Position numbers and translations under genes: made by a program
The notes under the pieces: model-generated
The model's input: the letters and a program-made list of their open reading frames with translations, nothing else
The model's database searches: none
What the model was told of the DNA's origin: nothing
Assembly: GCF_009834535.1 (NCBI RefSeq)
Contig: NC_045707.1
Span: 52,330,001-52,394,000, forward strand
DNA from: Camelus ferus
Taxonomy: Eukaryota
DNA length: 64,000 bases
Reading direction: 5' to 3'
In this document: in pieces, positions 25,830-39,509 of the stretch
Position numbering within the stretch: position 1 is the first letter of the stretch
How the letters are laid out: every line of letters starts with the position of its first letter

Positions 25830-26170
25830 TGCTCTTCAGACTCAGCTCCGGGTGTGAGTCACATTTTCCCTCCGCTTAGAGCACTCTGTGTTGTCAATTC
25901 CTTTTCATCCTTCATGTCTCAGTTCAGATGTCATCACTGGTGGAGTATCGGATTCCTTCCCAGACCATTTTGCAGTGGGGAGGTGTCCCTCCTTTGTGCT
26001 GTGTCAGCACTTGCACTTTCCCTATCGTATATTTTAATTGCCATTTCCTTCTCTGTATCTCCCATTAGACTCAAAGCTCCATATGTTTGGGGATTTCATA
26101 TGTTTTATCTGCTGCTATGTCAGCAGTGCTGGCATAGAGTAGAAGATCATTAAATGGTGATTAAATGAAT
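25830..26170 (+). mobile_element. L2 3' end
   Basis: tcatccttcatgtctcagttcagatgtca...cagtgctggcatagagtagaagatcattaaatggtgattaaatgaat. Confidence 0.7.
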
Positions 26171-26797
26171 AGACGGTGAGAGACCCCAGACTTAGATCCC
26201 TTTGGAGAGCCATAATCTGAAAGGATTTTTCTGTTACAGCTTGATTTGGGGGCTGGTAATTGGAGAGCAGAACTGTAAGTTCTGCGGTCCCTTTCAGAAG
26301 GTGGCAGTGGGACCCACTCGTCTGTTAATCCCTGTCCCTCTTCTGACACAACAGTACTGGTAGGAACAGCTTTCATTTTGAAGTATCTTGTGGCCTGCAA
26401 GCCACTGTGTCCGTCACCATCTTCCCCGTTCTGGCTGGTGCAAACATCCCTGAGGACTGGTCACTGAAGGGCAGCTCCGCATCAAGCAGAGCAAAGCATT
26501 CTGGGAAGTAACCACATGGGTGCTTCTGCTTGTGGGCATGTGGGCGTGCCTTATGCAAGCCACTGCTCTCCTGAGTATTCACAAGCTCTTCCTTCACATT
26601 TCTTTTTATTTTAATTGACTCATTTGTCTTTGTGAGAAAAATGAGAAAAACTCCACCGGCAGTGCTACCTGCTGGAAGCAGGTTGGGAGCTTGGAGAATG
26701 CAGGGGCCTGAAGAGCTGCACATAGAAGCCACAGGGGCTAAGCTAGGGTACAGCCCCTCTTTTCTCCTCCTGGGAGATGTTCTTACTGCCTGGGGGA

Positions 26798-27336
26798 TGT
26801 GTGAGTTCTCTATTGCTGTGTGACAAATAACCGCAAACTTAGGCGCCTAAAACAATGGACATCATCTCACAGTTTCAGTGGGCCACTGATGCAAGCGCAG
26901 CTTTGGTAGATCTTTTGCTCCGAGTCTCAAGAGGTTGCAGTAAAGTCTGGAGTTTGGGTTCTTTTTCAGGCCCGGGTGTTGGTTGGCAGAGTTCTGTTCC
27001 TTGCGGCTGTAGGACTGAGGATGCAGTGTTCTTGCTGGCCATCAGCTGGGGGCTGCTCTCAGCTCTAAAAGCTGCCTCAGTTCCCTCAGTTCCTGCCAGG
27101 AGGTTTCTCACGGGCTCTCTCTCAACATGGCTGCTTCCTTCTTCAGAGCCAGCAGGGGAGTCTTTGCTCCAGTCTGCTGAAATGGATTATTAAAGAATAA
27201 TATAATCATGGGAGTAACATTCCATCACTTTTGCCATATTCTGTTGGCTGTAGATCAGTCACAGGTTCTGCCCATACTCAAAGGGAGGGAAATATACAAA
27301 GATGTGACTCACTCACCTTAGGATGTGTCTACCACA
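26798..27336 (-). mobile_element. Full-length MLT1 (MLT1E/F-like) solo LTR
   Basis: tgtgtgagttctctattgctgtgtgacaaataaccgcaaactta...catctcacagttt...gtctaccaca; TG..CA ends, GGGA on both flanks. Confidence 0.88.
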
Positions 27337-28099
27337 GGGAGCCATCACAGGATATTCTGGGACCACTAAGTGACTATCAGCTCCCACTGCCTAACCACTT
27401 GTAGGGACTTTCCACAAAACTCTCTAAACTGGCCAGAGCCAGAGTTCATAGCAAAGAGCTAATTTTGAGGGAGGAAAGTGGATCATCACCAAGAGAAACT
27501 GATCACTGGAGCCAGAAAGATGGCCAGCTGCTTCCTCCTAACTACTCAGCAAGGAAAAGCTGTAGTCACATGTACAAATTGTGGATTGGGAGAGCTGGGG
27601 CAAGGGCTGTGGTTTGACTGTCATTAGACATTTTGGATTAGGGACCCCTGTTTTCAACCCATTATCAAGAAGAGAGCCATTGAGAGTCACCTTGTTGATA
27701 ACGTCACTTGGGACCGCCATTGTTGTTCATCTGCTAAATAAGGCAAATACCCGAGAGAGTTCCCGCTTCTGGACTCCTTTAGCAGCCAGACTCAGTTCTC
27801 CCTCTGCATTGCTGAAAGCTCTTAGGGGCCAGCAAAACCCCTAAGGGGCTGGGAGGGGTGTGTGTGTGTGTATGAAGGTGGAGAGTGAGGGTTACTGCCT
27901 TTCACAAGCCGTTGCTGAGGGACTGTATACAGATGGGTTTTGTTGGCACAGTTAGCTTTCGAGAAGCCCCTGTCTCCCCACTTTTTCCTTCTCTTTTATC
28001 CTTTCTATATGCATCAAAATATCCTAGTATTTTATTTTAAGTACTTTCCTTGGCAATCAAATAGAATATTAATAACATTTCACCCTAATTATCGTTTGT

Positions 28100-29050
28100 T
28101 TAATCTCTCTTCCTCCCTCTCTTTCATCATTTGAAGGAAGTTGCACGTTTCATGGCCTTTTACTTGTAAATATGTTGATCTTTAATTCCTAAGAGTAATG
28201 ATATTCTCTTATATAACCGCAGTAAAATTCTCAAATTCAGTTAATATTGATATTATACCATTGATATAATACTTTAAAATAATGCATGTCCACATTTCAA
28301 CTTTGTCTACTGACCAGAAAGCATTCCTGTGGAGCACTTTTACCTCTCCAGTACAGCGTCAGTTCTAGGATGAGGATTGCATTTGGTTATATCTCTTGAG
28401 ACTCCTTCAGTCAGAATCATATCAGAGCCTCTTTTTGTCTTCCAGGATATTGGTAATTTTGAAGAACACAAGCCTCCTTGTCCTTTCTTTAATTGAACAG
28501 TTCCTCTTTTTGGATTTGCCTTATGTTTCCTAATTAGTTTTAGATTAATGATCCCAGGTAAAAATAACACATAGGTGAATTTTTTTCTCTCCGGGAATCA
28601 AATCTGGGGATATCTAATAGCCATCTGTCTTTCACTGGTGATGTTAATTTTGAAAATTAAAACAACAGTCAAGATGTTGCTCAATTTTCCACTGTAATGA
28701 TTCTTTTTGTTCTCCCTTGCAAGTAATAAGCAGTCTCTGAGAGCCATTTTACAACCATGCAAATATCTTGCTCCACATTAAAAACCCTCTCCTAGATTTA
28801 GCGTCTATTTGTGATTTACTTGATCCAATCTTTACTGTCTTGTAAGCAAAATGATAATTTTCCAACTCCCACTCTTTCCACAAAAATTTACTAGTTGGTT
28901 CTCTGCATCCTAATATAAATAAGGACTAGATCTTCTCCCCTGTTTACTAACTATTTATTATTGATATAGACTCATGAATTATTACTTTGTTCAATAGCTT
29001 ATAATTCATTACTCTGCTTAGTTATTTTGATCCTCACATTTTCCCAGATT
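28100..29050 (-). mobile_element. L1MC-like 3' UTR remnant
   Basis: ttcctaagagtaatgatattctcttatataaccgcagta...ttgcatttggttatatctc...ttattttgatcctcacattttcccagatt. Confidence 0.75.
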
Positions 29051-29534
29051 GAGTCAAGATTTTACTCTTGAAAGTCTAGGCAGACTACCCTCCAGGGCAG
29101 AGCTGGCCTTCTCAAGAGGAAAAGGCAGCCCTAATCAGCAATGAAGCTTCAGTGGCAGTTGAACCAGAGCTGGCCTGCGATCCTAGACCAGCTAGACTGC
29201 CATCAGTGAGCAAGCAGTTTACAAAGTGTCACCCAAATGCCAGGTAAACCTCTCCCGGTCCTAACCGCAGGCAGGGCAGCACATGCTCAAGCAGCCTGCC
29301 TTGACAGTGCTAACAAGCCTTTTGCTTCAGTCTGACCTGTTGTCTGCTTGATCCCACCTGAGTCTCACCTGAACCTGCTTGGCCAACCCAGCCCTCCTTT
29401 CATCTGAGACTGAGAGGAAATTGAGATTATTCATGGTACTGATGGTGGTCTCCCAGTGTCTCCGAAGTTCTCCCCACTTCACTGCCTACCTCATTTTCTT
29501 CCTGGCCCATCAAATCACTCAGGAATTAAAGACC

Positions 29535-30030
29535 AACATATTTAGGAGTAAAAGGCCATGATGTGTGCAATTTCCTTTAAATGATGAAAGAGAGAGAAGG
29601 AGGAAAGGAAAGGGAGAGAGATTAAACAATTAATAATTACGGTAGAATGTTAGTACTATTTGAATCTAGGTTAAGAATGTATGGATGTTCTTTATACTAT
29701 TTTTATTCTTGCTAATTTTTATATACATTTGAAATTATTTCCAAATGAAATTTACACAAAGAGTTACATAATATATATTAAGTTTTTTAAAAATCTAGTA
29801 CAATGTGTTCACTTGCTCTCTCACTTGTTAAAAAATAAGTACAAACACTAAGACACACACATACTCATTAATATGCATGAGAGTGTCCAGAAAGATACAT
29901 AAAACAAGAAAATGTTATTGACATTTGCCTCTGGATCAGGGACTGTATAATGGATGGGAGAGAGACCTACTTTTCACTATACAACCTTTTTGTAATGTCT
30001 GAGTTACAAAAAAAAAAAAAAAAAAAGCAA
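29535..30030 (+). mobile_element. Two adjacent old L1 3' end fragments (L1MC4-like, then L1ME-like)
   Basis: tatttaggagtaaaaggccatgatgtgtgcaatt...tttgaaattatttccaaa; then gggagagagacctacttttcactatacaacc and an A-run. Confidence 0.65.
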
Positions 30031-31829
30031 GTACTTTTAAAATGAAAAACAATAATGGTTTAATTTAATCCAGTTTCATACATAATAATACAGAATTGTT
30101 TTGTGTACCTTAGTCTAGGCCCTAAAAATATAATGAAAAAGATTTATTTTGAATCTAATGCCCTCAAGTAAATCATATTCTACTTGGAAAGAAAAAGGAT
30201 AAGATCTTCTAATCAATGAAGAAAGGTAAGAGAAATATGATGCTGTTATTAAAATGAAATAAAGAGAACAGAAGTACAAAACCTTAGTTGTACATCTGGA
30301 TCTCCCACTGTTTTAATTGCACCTCAATTAAAGCATTTGTACTTTATTTTTCTCACTTAGTAAGAGATTGAGTAATATTTTCCCCTCTGCTCTCCATATA
30401 AGGGTGTTCTAAGGATTAATGATATCATTTTGATGGAGATTCTTGAACTTCAGTTGGAAAGGGTATGAAATACAAATAAATAATATTATTAATGTCAGCT
30501 ATAAAACATACTTCTTTGAAATAAGCTCAAGTGCCAATGAAAGAAAGGACAAAAGAAAGGATGAAAGAAAGAAAGAAGAGAAAAAAGAACAAAGAGATGT
30601 AAACCTTCTTATATTAACTTCTTAAGGCTTTCACCTGCTCTCTGGAATATCTGTGTGATTTGGCACTTTACAGCAAACGCAGTCATGTTCCTTCCTCTGT
30701 GGGCTTCCAAGAAGGCATATTTTTGTGTTATCAAGGCCAGATTTATTGAGACACCCAAAAAGTGATGACTTTGGGACAATAACCTTGCAGTTATTCCCCT
30801 GAGATTGAATCAAAGTTTGCTGGTGTCTCTGACAACCCTTTTGGAACACATCCAGTTTTCATAACACAGTTGGTGTGAAACACTTCCTAAAGGAAAAAGA
30901 AAGACAAGAACACCAACAGAAAACCACTATATAAAAACAAAGTTAAAAGATTATGTGTAGAAAGGGTGTAAGGGTCGACCTTTAAGATCACAAAAAGAGT
31001 AAATTCCAAGTTTGAAGTTGAAATCTGGGTCTTAAGAGTTTCCCACTGTACCGTATACTACTGCCTGTATTGAACAATTTTTTAATGTTCTTCTGATAGC
31101 CCCAGAAAGCATGAGGTCTACTAGAAATGAATATTTTAGACTTTTACTATTAACACTGTGCTTGCATAATACTTTTTTTCTCAAAGACTTTCACATCTAT
31201 TACCTCATTTGAGAGCCTTTGCTGCTTGTTCAATGGCCTTTTCATTAAATCACATCACCTCTCTAGTAACTTTTTCATTCCTCTTGTGACTGAAAAGTAC
31301 ACCTTAATTGTAACCATAAATAATTCTATGTGTTATTATTGTGCTGGATAGAATATCGATTAATGAGTATAAAGGCTTAACAATTCGAAGATGGCATATG
31401 ATACAAATATAGATCTGCTACCAAGCTATATCTATGCTGTCCAGGTTTTCCCTCACAATTAGAGCTGTCCCTTCAGCAATAGCTTTGTAACTACTGACCC
31501 TGAAACCACATAAGTTGACCTCAAACAAACTCTATAACAGTGTAAAATGCATGCATCCACATTTGCCTCTTTTATGTTTTGGAAAATTTGAAGATTGGAA
31601 TAGAAAACACCCAATACTGTAGAAAAATAAACAGGGAAATTATGAAGATGTATAAAATAACACAAGGTAACAGTAACTCAAGACAACTAAATTCTTTCAA
31701 TCATGGATTATTCTTTTCAAATAGCTCAAAGCATCTCTTCTGTGTCCAGACTTTTGTATTACTTAATCACGTAAGTAATTACTTAACCAATTACTTGAAC
31801 ATGACGGTTGAATGCCAGAGGTAACAGAA

Positions 31830-32860
31830 GTGGTCAGTTTAATAGGAGCAAATTTATCCTGGAGGCATGAGTCTAAGAAGTATGGTTATCCTGATAAAGA
31901 ATTGCTAGTTTCCCAATGAAGAGGCTTGCTCATCTTCTGCCAGCACATCGTATCGTTCAGTGACAGAGGCTTGGAACACGGCGGCAGGGGAAAGATGAGG
32001 CTGGAGCGTTGGCAAGGAGGAGAGAAAATATTACAAAATGCACCTTGTAAAGCCCTGTATGAACTATGTGTTGTCATCCATATGAAGGAAGAAGTCACTG
32101 GAGAGTTTTAGTTTTATTAAAGGAGTGAGAGACACATGTTTAGATTTTAGGGGAAAAATCCTGTTTGATTCACTGTTACTGCAATACAAGTAGACAAGTT
32201 TAGAACAGAGATGCCAGTCAAGCGTATGTTCAGAGTTATGGAGGAAACAGGTGATGTGGTCTGAACCTTTATGGCATGTGGTGTGGGGCCGGGAGGAGTA
32301 GAGAAGTAGATAAATTCTAGCAAGAAGGGTCAAAAGATTATGCACTATTCACATGAACTGGAGTGCATGAGAAAGAGCTGTCCTGAGAGTCAAAAGGATA
32401 TTAATAAACCTCTGGAAATGGATTATATACCACAGCAATTTGAGAAAAGAACTAAGGACTGGTTTTTGAAAAATATCAACACTTAGGAAAGGCAGAAGGA
32501 AAACAGACAGCCCAAATGAGGAGATAGGAAAAAAAAAAAAAAAACCTAAGAGAACAGTCATATAATTGGAGTTAAGAGAAAAGAATAGTTCATGAAGGTG
32601 GGAGGAGGCGATGGTGTCAGTGTAGTACCCGTTCATGTGAGAGGAAAAAAATAACAAACACGCAAACTGGGAAGTGCCTGTCAGTTTTAGCAAAAAGTAG
32701 GTCATTGGTGACCTTGGGAATAGCAGTTTTAGTGGAGTCTTGAGGGAAGAATACAGATTAGCAGGGGTTTAGGAATGAATTAGAAGTAAATTAGGGGAGA
32801 CAAAACTGAAGCAACTAATGTGAAGGGAGAAAGAGAGGGAGTTAAGTAGAGGGGACAACT
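31830..32860 (-). mobile_element. L2 remnant
   Basis: aagtcactggagagtttta..., gtcattggtgaccttgggaatagcagttttagtggagt. Confidence 0.75.
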
Positions 32861-33254
32861 GGTGTCTGCCAAGAGCTCTGGACTGATGTATGTGCTGTCA
32901 AGAGCTCTGACTATGTACCCAAGAACTGTCAGCACGAACTGGGACTTATGCTTACATATACTGTTTACCAGACACAGATTGGTGCCTATTTTGCATTTAG
33001 AATGATACTTAAACCACAGCAGCGTGCTGACTCAGCACAGTGATTCATACTTGATGGAGAGTTGCCCTCAAGTGTGCACACAAAGTGCCACGTTAGGCGC
33101 CCAGTCATTCTTCAATAAACATTCACCTGACACGGTTAAAGGACCGGGTCTATTCATCTTAGGTTGCCTATCGCTTTGTGAAAATCAATTCGCATCTTTG
33201 GTTTTCTTTGCTTGTAATTTTTTTTCCCAAATGATGTGTCTCTAGCCGTGTAAG

Positions 33255-33649
33255 TGTTGGTTTGTAAACTGCTCTCTTACACAGAGGAATGGGAGAGAGT
33301 GAAGAAAGAGTCAGACCACTCCAGATTGGTAGTGGCAGTTTTAACAAGCAAGGGAACTTACTTACAAGGCTTGTCTTGGGTGGCCATAAGACACGTAGAT
33401 CTCCGTTCTCACCTGCCAGAATCTTACACGTTTGTATAAAAGCCTTAACTGGGCTGAGTCTTGTATATCGTCTGAATGGACTCAGCACCACAGTGCTCTC
33501 AAGGCTGCATCTTTGGGCCGGTGCTAACGCGGGGAAGGCAAGTGAATGCACACTCCAAGGACAGGGGAGGCGATGAGGAGCCTCTGACGATCTGGGTCCC
33601 GCTTGAGGGTCAGCTGGCAGTCATGTCCTCTCGATGACCTCCTCCAACA
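33255..33649 (-). mobile_element. 3' LTR of an ERVL-like provirus (resembles the LTR53/MER54/MER74 group)
   Basis: 395 bp, inverted termini TGTTGG...CCAACA, preceded on minus by purine tract gaggggtaaag (33650-33660), homologous to 47257-47654. Confidence 0.92.
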
Positions 33650-35300
33650 CTTTACCCCTCACGATCGGCTCTTACACTTGTGTATGGCCCCCTCTTCCGC
33701 CGTGTGCCCTGAGCTGTCAGCAGGGGCTTTTGCTAGCACGGAGGTGGCTCAGTTTGTAGAACTGTCTGGCTGTCTTGGAGGCAGATGTCACGGCAACAGT
33801 GTAGACACACTAAGAGGAAGCACATCTAGGTAATGACTGTCAAACTAAGCACCGACATTGTTCCTCCAAGAGCCCCACGACCCAAACCGCTGACTTACTA
33901 AGTCTCTTAGGCTGGGGGTCAGACCACTCATGGCATTTACTTGGATTTTCATGTGGTTTATAAAGATGATACATTAGCAGACTTATCAGGCATGAACAGA
34001 TAGTACTCTCTTTGGATAATGGCACAGGTGCCCCCTTGTGAGGTAGTAGTAATGTCCAAGGCCATTTTATTTTGGAGGAAAGCTTTTTTTTTTTTTTTTT
34101 TAATTAGTGACATCTCAATGTGCAGTATGAGCAGGCTTTGTTGGCTGTCACTTGAGGCTTGCTGAGGGAAGTTAGTAAAGGCTTGCTTGTGGTCAGAAAT
34201 GTACTCCAGGCCAATGGAGGGGACCAAAACAGCAGCCAAATGATTGTACCAGTGGAAAACTGAATATGTCCACCTGTCCTTGAGGAGAGGGAGGTTGGCA
34301 GCTTTAGGAACTTGACTTGGTTGTGCATATTATAAATGTTGGCCGGTGGAGGCAGGACTGTTGATCAGGCCGGGACCTTCATTTTCTCCCCTCTTTCAAT
34401 AGTGCATGTTCCAAGTTTCCAGTGTAGTGCATTTTAACTGGTCTGGCTTGCAGCAGGACAACGGGATACCAGTGAAGACTGAGTGGTTTCCTCTCACCCG
34501 GGGGTGCAAAGTAACTCACTCATCTTATTGGGATGTCTCATAAATTCCAGTGGATAATGTCTCTCAGGCAGGATGGGGCTTGGTGTTTTCAGCAGCGTAG
34601 CACGTTGATCCGTGGTCAGAGTTGGGGCAATGTCTGTTTTTGGATGATTTCCATACCTTTATGGCAGTGGATGTTTTGGCAGGGGCCCCCAGTCTGGCAT
34701 ATGGTTCAACAGGTCCCACTGGCTGATCATTCAGATGTACTAAAGCCTGGGACAGGACTTTAGTCTACTTGGCCAAAGTGCCTGTACCTGTTACTAATTC
34801 AGTCTGCTGCTTTAAGATTCCATTTTTCTTTCCACTAACCCTACTGCTTGCAAATTACAGGAGAGATGGAACCTCCATTCAGTGTCATGTTTTTCTGCCC
34901 TATCTTGCGTATTATGACCTTTGAAATGTGACCCCAGATTATTGTCTATCTGATGAAGTTTTCTGTACATAGTACTCAGCACGTCTAGTCTTGTAGTAGT
35001 GGTAGCCTGGTTTGTGTGGCAACAGGGGAAAGTTTGGGTTAAGCCAGATATGGTGGCTCACCCTAAACTTTGCACACAAACCAGGGTATGTTTAGAACCC
35101 TCCATCAGAGAACAGAGGACAATCTATTCAATATGCCAGTCCCTCTCCAGTTGGGAACTCCAATGGATAGCCATACTCCTTTGGCAGTTATCTTGTATGT
35201 TGTTTAGAACACACAGGGCATGCTGTTACTGCATTAACCAAGATACTGTGTTTTAAGGGCAATCTGTCCACCTTCCAATTCACCATTCTATCCAGGCACT
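33650..35300 (-). pseudogene. Decayed retroviral env-like region (TM remnant)
   Basis: ORF 33958-34239(-) LQNKMALDITTTSQGGTCAIIQREYYLFMPD resembles the gamma-type immunosuppressive domain plus a decayed CX6CC motif. Confidence 0.8.
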
Positions 35301-35359
35301 AGAGTGGCCGTTCGGCCTGTGCTCCCAATCTGCTGTATCTAGTGGAGAGTCAGTTACTA

Positions 35360-36355
35360 GGGTTCATAGCCAGGCGAGGGCATCAGCTTCCTGATTGCCA
35401 GGGGCTGTCATTGCCTTATGAGCCAGTATGTGGAAGACAGTGAGGACTGCTTTAGGCTCTTGCAGGTGAACCCAAATGTCTTCCCATATATCCTGACCCC
35501 ACCAGGGCTTATTCATGATTATCCACCCTTCACCTTCTCATTGTCCAGGCCATAGGATTAATCCTTTTAGAACAGCTCATCAGTGCTAGGGGTTAATGGC
35601 CAGGGCTCATGAGTGATCACCAGCTAAACTGCTCTGAGTTCAGCCCATTGGCTGTTGTGGTTCCTTCTTTCCTCCAGGCATCTGTATATCAGGCATCAGT
35701 GAGGATTTCTCCCATTCTCTCTCTATAGGCCATAGGGGCTGCCACAGGAATAAGGATGGGGGCATTTGGAGGCTCTACATACTCTTCAGGGCCTAGTAGC
35801 ACGCACAGTTTTAGAGAGAATGAGCTGGTGGACAAAATACTCCTTTGCTGCAAGTTGGCATGCCGCTTAGTCAAAGTGGGAGTTTGGGCCATGGCAGAAG
35901 TGAGTCAATGGAACATATTCTTAAACCACCCTGTTGATGAGAAGGAAAGTTCTTACCATGATGCGCTGCTCCTTTGGGAGAGACTCTACCTGGAGGAGCA
36001 CTGCGTACCCTGCTAGGAGCTGTTGCTGTATGGGGTATGTTGGGGTTTTGTCACCTACCAAAGCTGAAAGCAGAATCTTAGGGGTGCCTTCTCCTTTTGT
36101 TGTCTCTGTCAGTGTCCAATCCATACCTTCCAGAGTCACAGACACATCAAACAAACATATTCCAGCAAAGTCTGCAGCATGACCTGCAGCAGAGGCAAGT
36201 CTTCACCTGTTAGCATTATATCATCAGTGTTATGGGCCCTTTTATTGGATATGGAGAAGAACAGGGATAGATCTTGGATACCCATCCCATGACTTACTGT
36301 GAGGCTGTGTAGGTAGCCCTGGGGAAGTGATTGAAAGGTCCATTGCTGTCTCTGT
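35360..36355 (-). pseudogene. Decayed, internally deleted ERVL-type pol (RT, connection, RNase H)
   Basis: Minus-strand translations QWTFQSLPQGYLHS (36301-36350), HNTDDIMLT (~36208-36234, decayed YIDD), QQQLLAGYAVL, SQWAELRAV (~35625-35655), KPWWGQDIWEDIW, GNQEADAL. Confidence 0.88.
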
Positions 36356-36699
36356 CACATGATCTTAGATTTTAGAGACTTAAACTTGCCAGAATCTTTT
36401 CCTTGAATCTCCTTGAAGATGAAGCACTTTTGTAGGAATGCTTTTCAAAAGTATCAGAGTAAAACACTAACTGTCTGTAAATGACAAAAGACTTAAAAAT
36501 GGCCATGGTTAAAGATCTCCTGAAGGTTCATTATAATGCAATTGACCAGGGAATCTGATTTTTTTCCTATGACCTACATTTTAAAATTATGACTGATAAC
36601 ATAATACCAGGATATACCAGGTTTTTAGGAATTTTATATAAACATATTCTGAAGAAAGTTTAGCATTATTCTTATTTGACAATATTCATCATGTAATTT
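36356..36699 (-). mobile_element. AT-rich non-coding ERV internal segment (MER4-int-like), continuing 48235-49215
   Basis: aactgtctgtaaatgacaaaagacttaaaaatggccatggttaaaga; ends in a sequence shared in inverted orientation with 49195-49215. Confidence 0.75.
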
Positions 36700-37339
36700 C
36701 ACTGTTATATGTTAATAGTTATGTCATTATTCTCCAAACTTAACAGCCATCAGAAGAGTTTATGTTTAAGGGTCCCCTAGCACAGACTAATTAAAAGAAA
36801 CCAGTATATCAACCCAAAATTGCACTGAGACACTAAGCATTTCTTATTCACAAGTTACATGCATCAGTATGCATATATTCATGCATACGTTAGATTGTAT
36901 AGTACATATTGGACAAGACCTTTTGCCTAAAAGTGGAAGAGATAGACCCATAGTAGCAGTTTGAAAATAAGAGAAATAAGATTATGTGGTGATAAAGAAA
37001 TTTTTTAAAAGCATGTTTCAAGTTTCTTTATATCTCTCTGTGGCTGCCTAAAATCGAATTCCCAGTCACTCCTTCACTTGACTACTCTAAATAGTTTTCC
37101 TGCCTTTATTACCTGACCATGTAAGCCATTCCCCTCCTAAGGGTTTGAGTGATCTTTGCAGAAATTAATCAGGTTGTGTTTCATCCCTTCTTACTTTCCC
37201 GTTGCATCCTGTGTTGTAACCCACTCTTCCACAGGCTCCCAGGATCTACATCCTCTACTCTTGGCCCCACCTCTGTGATCTCATTTCTGACTCGTCTTCC
37301 AATTACTCTCTCTATTCCAAATGTATGGAATTTCTCTCT

Positions 37340-37705
37340 GTTTCTATAACTCTCCAAGTTCTCTCTCATCTCTGTATCTTTGCATTTCTTGTATCCTTTG
37401 CCGTAGACCCTTTTCCTTCTGCATTGCATTTGTCATTCTCTGTTCACATCAAATCACCAGAGAAGCCTTCCCCTAGCAACCCCCATCTAGATCCCCTATT
37501 CTAGTCAATTCTTATCACATTATCCTGTTTTATTTTCTTCAAAATACTTGTCACTATCTGATTTTTATTTACAGTCCATCTCTATCCACCTTTTGAAAGT
37601 TTTATGAGAGTAGGAACCTTGTCTGTCTTGTTCATTGCTTTATTCCCAGTGTCTAGAGCAGTATTTGAAACACAGTATATGCACAGTGAATATTTGCTAA
37701 GTGAC
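37340..37705 (+). mobile_element. L2a-like 3' end
   Basis: agagaagccttcccc...gaaccttgtctgtcttgttcattgctttattcccagtgtctagagcagt...aatatttgct. Confidence 0.85.
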
Positions 37706-39189
37706 AAATGCACATTTCTTTCATTTGAACCCAGTGGTGTCTGATTCTAATGTTGGATCAAATTGCATCGTATTGGTTTCTTGTGACTAGATTCTGTGAC
37801 TTCAAAGGGTCTTCATGATTCACCTTGATTTCCTAAACCAGGAAGAACTCCATACTAGATTTTGAATAATGGGATAGGGGTTGTTTTTCATGAGAATGCT
37901 GATTTATAAGGTCCCCCTACAATGCATTCTGGAGTAAGTTAAGGTATAAATATATTTCAAATTATAAATAATCCATAGAAATATGGATGTCATCTCTGTC
38001 ATTCCTTTTCTTGAAAACTGTATTTTGTATATGTAAGTTTGTATGACTTAATTCCATGTGTTTTTTTTTTAAATCAATTTCTGGCCCATTTATGGTTGTC
38101 TCATAATGAAAAAAGCAAGATCCTTCAACAACAAATGGCATATCTCAGCATCCTCCCTCTTGTTCAACAATACGCACACACATACACACACCTGCAAAGA
38201 GTATTTGCAATAAACTTAGTTCATTAGAGACTGTTGTTGGATACAAATTTGTAATAAAGAATGTATAATTTAAAAATAGGAATCTTCAAAAAACTCTTCT
38301 CATACAGGCAAAACCCACAGTATAAAAACCCAAAATATAGGAGAAAAGAACGTAACAGATCAGAAATATAATTCTCCTTTTAAAAAGAGAATCGGCTCTA
38401 ATTTAACAAAAAATGTAATTTAGGTCACAGAGAACTGAAAATATATTTAAAAATCAGGTGTGGTACTTCAAATGTATCCCTTTGTGCAGATAAGACAACC
38501 AAATTTATAAGCTTTTAGACTAAACAATGAGCTTTGGTTAACTGCAAATCAAATTGAAACAAAGTACTCAAGTAAGACTAAATTTAATTACACTCCATTC
38601 TCCATCAAAAGTGACAGATTTTTCTGTTCTATTTTTCTGACATTGAATGAAGGAAGAAAAAGTGTCTCTTATTGTTGCATTGTTTTACTGCAAAGCCTGT
38701 TTCTATCCATCTAAATTATACCCTTATATTTGTATGGAAGTCAAAGTTTGAATAACATGCTTGAGTTCATTATGCAACACTTAAAAAAAACCTCAGATAG
38801 ATAGAAGATGAATTGTACTCAATTTTAATCTCTTCAGAAATAATTAAAAACAAAAGGAGCTTTTAAGATTTTGGAATGAAATTATCGTTATTATTCCATT
38901 CTTACGTCCTAGTTTTAGTTGTTATTATTGTTCTTACTGTTTTCTAAAATCTATATATGCCACAGTGGAGAGTGGCATTTTTAAACTGGCTATTTCTACT
39001 TGTACTCTCCTTTGTGCAGATGTTAACATGGGGCTGAAATAAAATTAAAGTGCTTCTAATAGTTTCCAGTTCTAAATACAATATATAATTCTAAATACAG
39101 CTTTACTATGCAAACCTTTAGGTACTCACTGAATTAAATTTTGGTCGGAGGGAGAAAACAAAACAAAACAAAACAAAAGCCCATGCATT

Positions 39190-39500
39190 AACAATAGATA
39201 TATGTATTTTTTATAATATGCAATATTTCTGCATAGCTACTGGAGATATAACACCATCTTATGAAGAATACACAGTCTGTTGACAGGAAGGAAAGAAGTG
39301 TACACAATAGGCTATGATAAGTGCTACGGAAGAAACAAGTTAGGGTTTGTACAGGATGACTTCCTGAAATTTAAATTGAGGTTTAAAGAATGATTAAAGT
39401 TACATAGTTCTCACATCAGAACAACAGAATTTTCAAAGACCTTGAATATGAGATATATTTGAAGAGTAAGAAAAAAATTCTGTATGGCTGGAATACAGGA
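39190..39500 (-). mobile_element. L2 remnant
   Basis: tatgataagtgctacgga...gacttcctgaaatttaaattgaggtttaaagaatga...gtatggctggaatac. Confidence 0.6.
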
Positions 39501-39509
39501 CTTGAAGAG

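Noticed and set aside
33289..33576. Similar peptides in ORFs 33289-33576(+) and 47272-47640(-) (SFNKQxNLLxRLVLG)
   Set aside because: Both are antisense translations of the two homologous LTRs. This supports LTR homology, not a duplicated gene.
33958..34239. Possible domesticated env (syncytin-like) gene
   Set aside because: The CX6CC motif is decayed, an A-run interrupts the frame region, and there is no long ORF or signal peptide.
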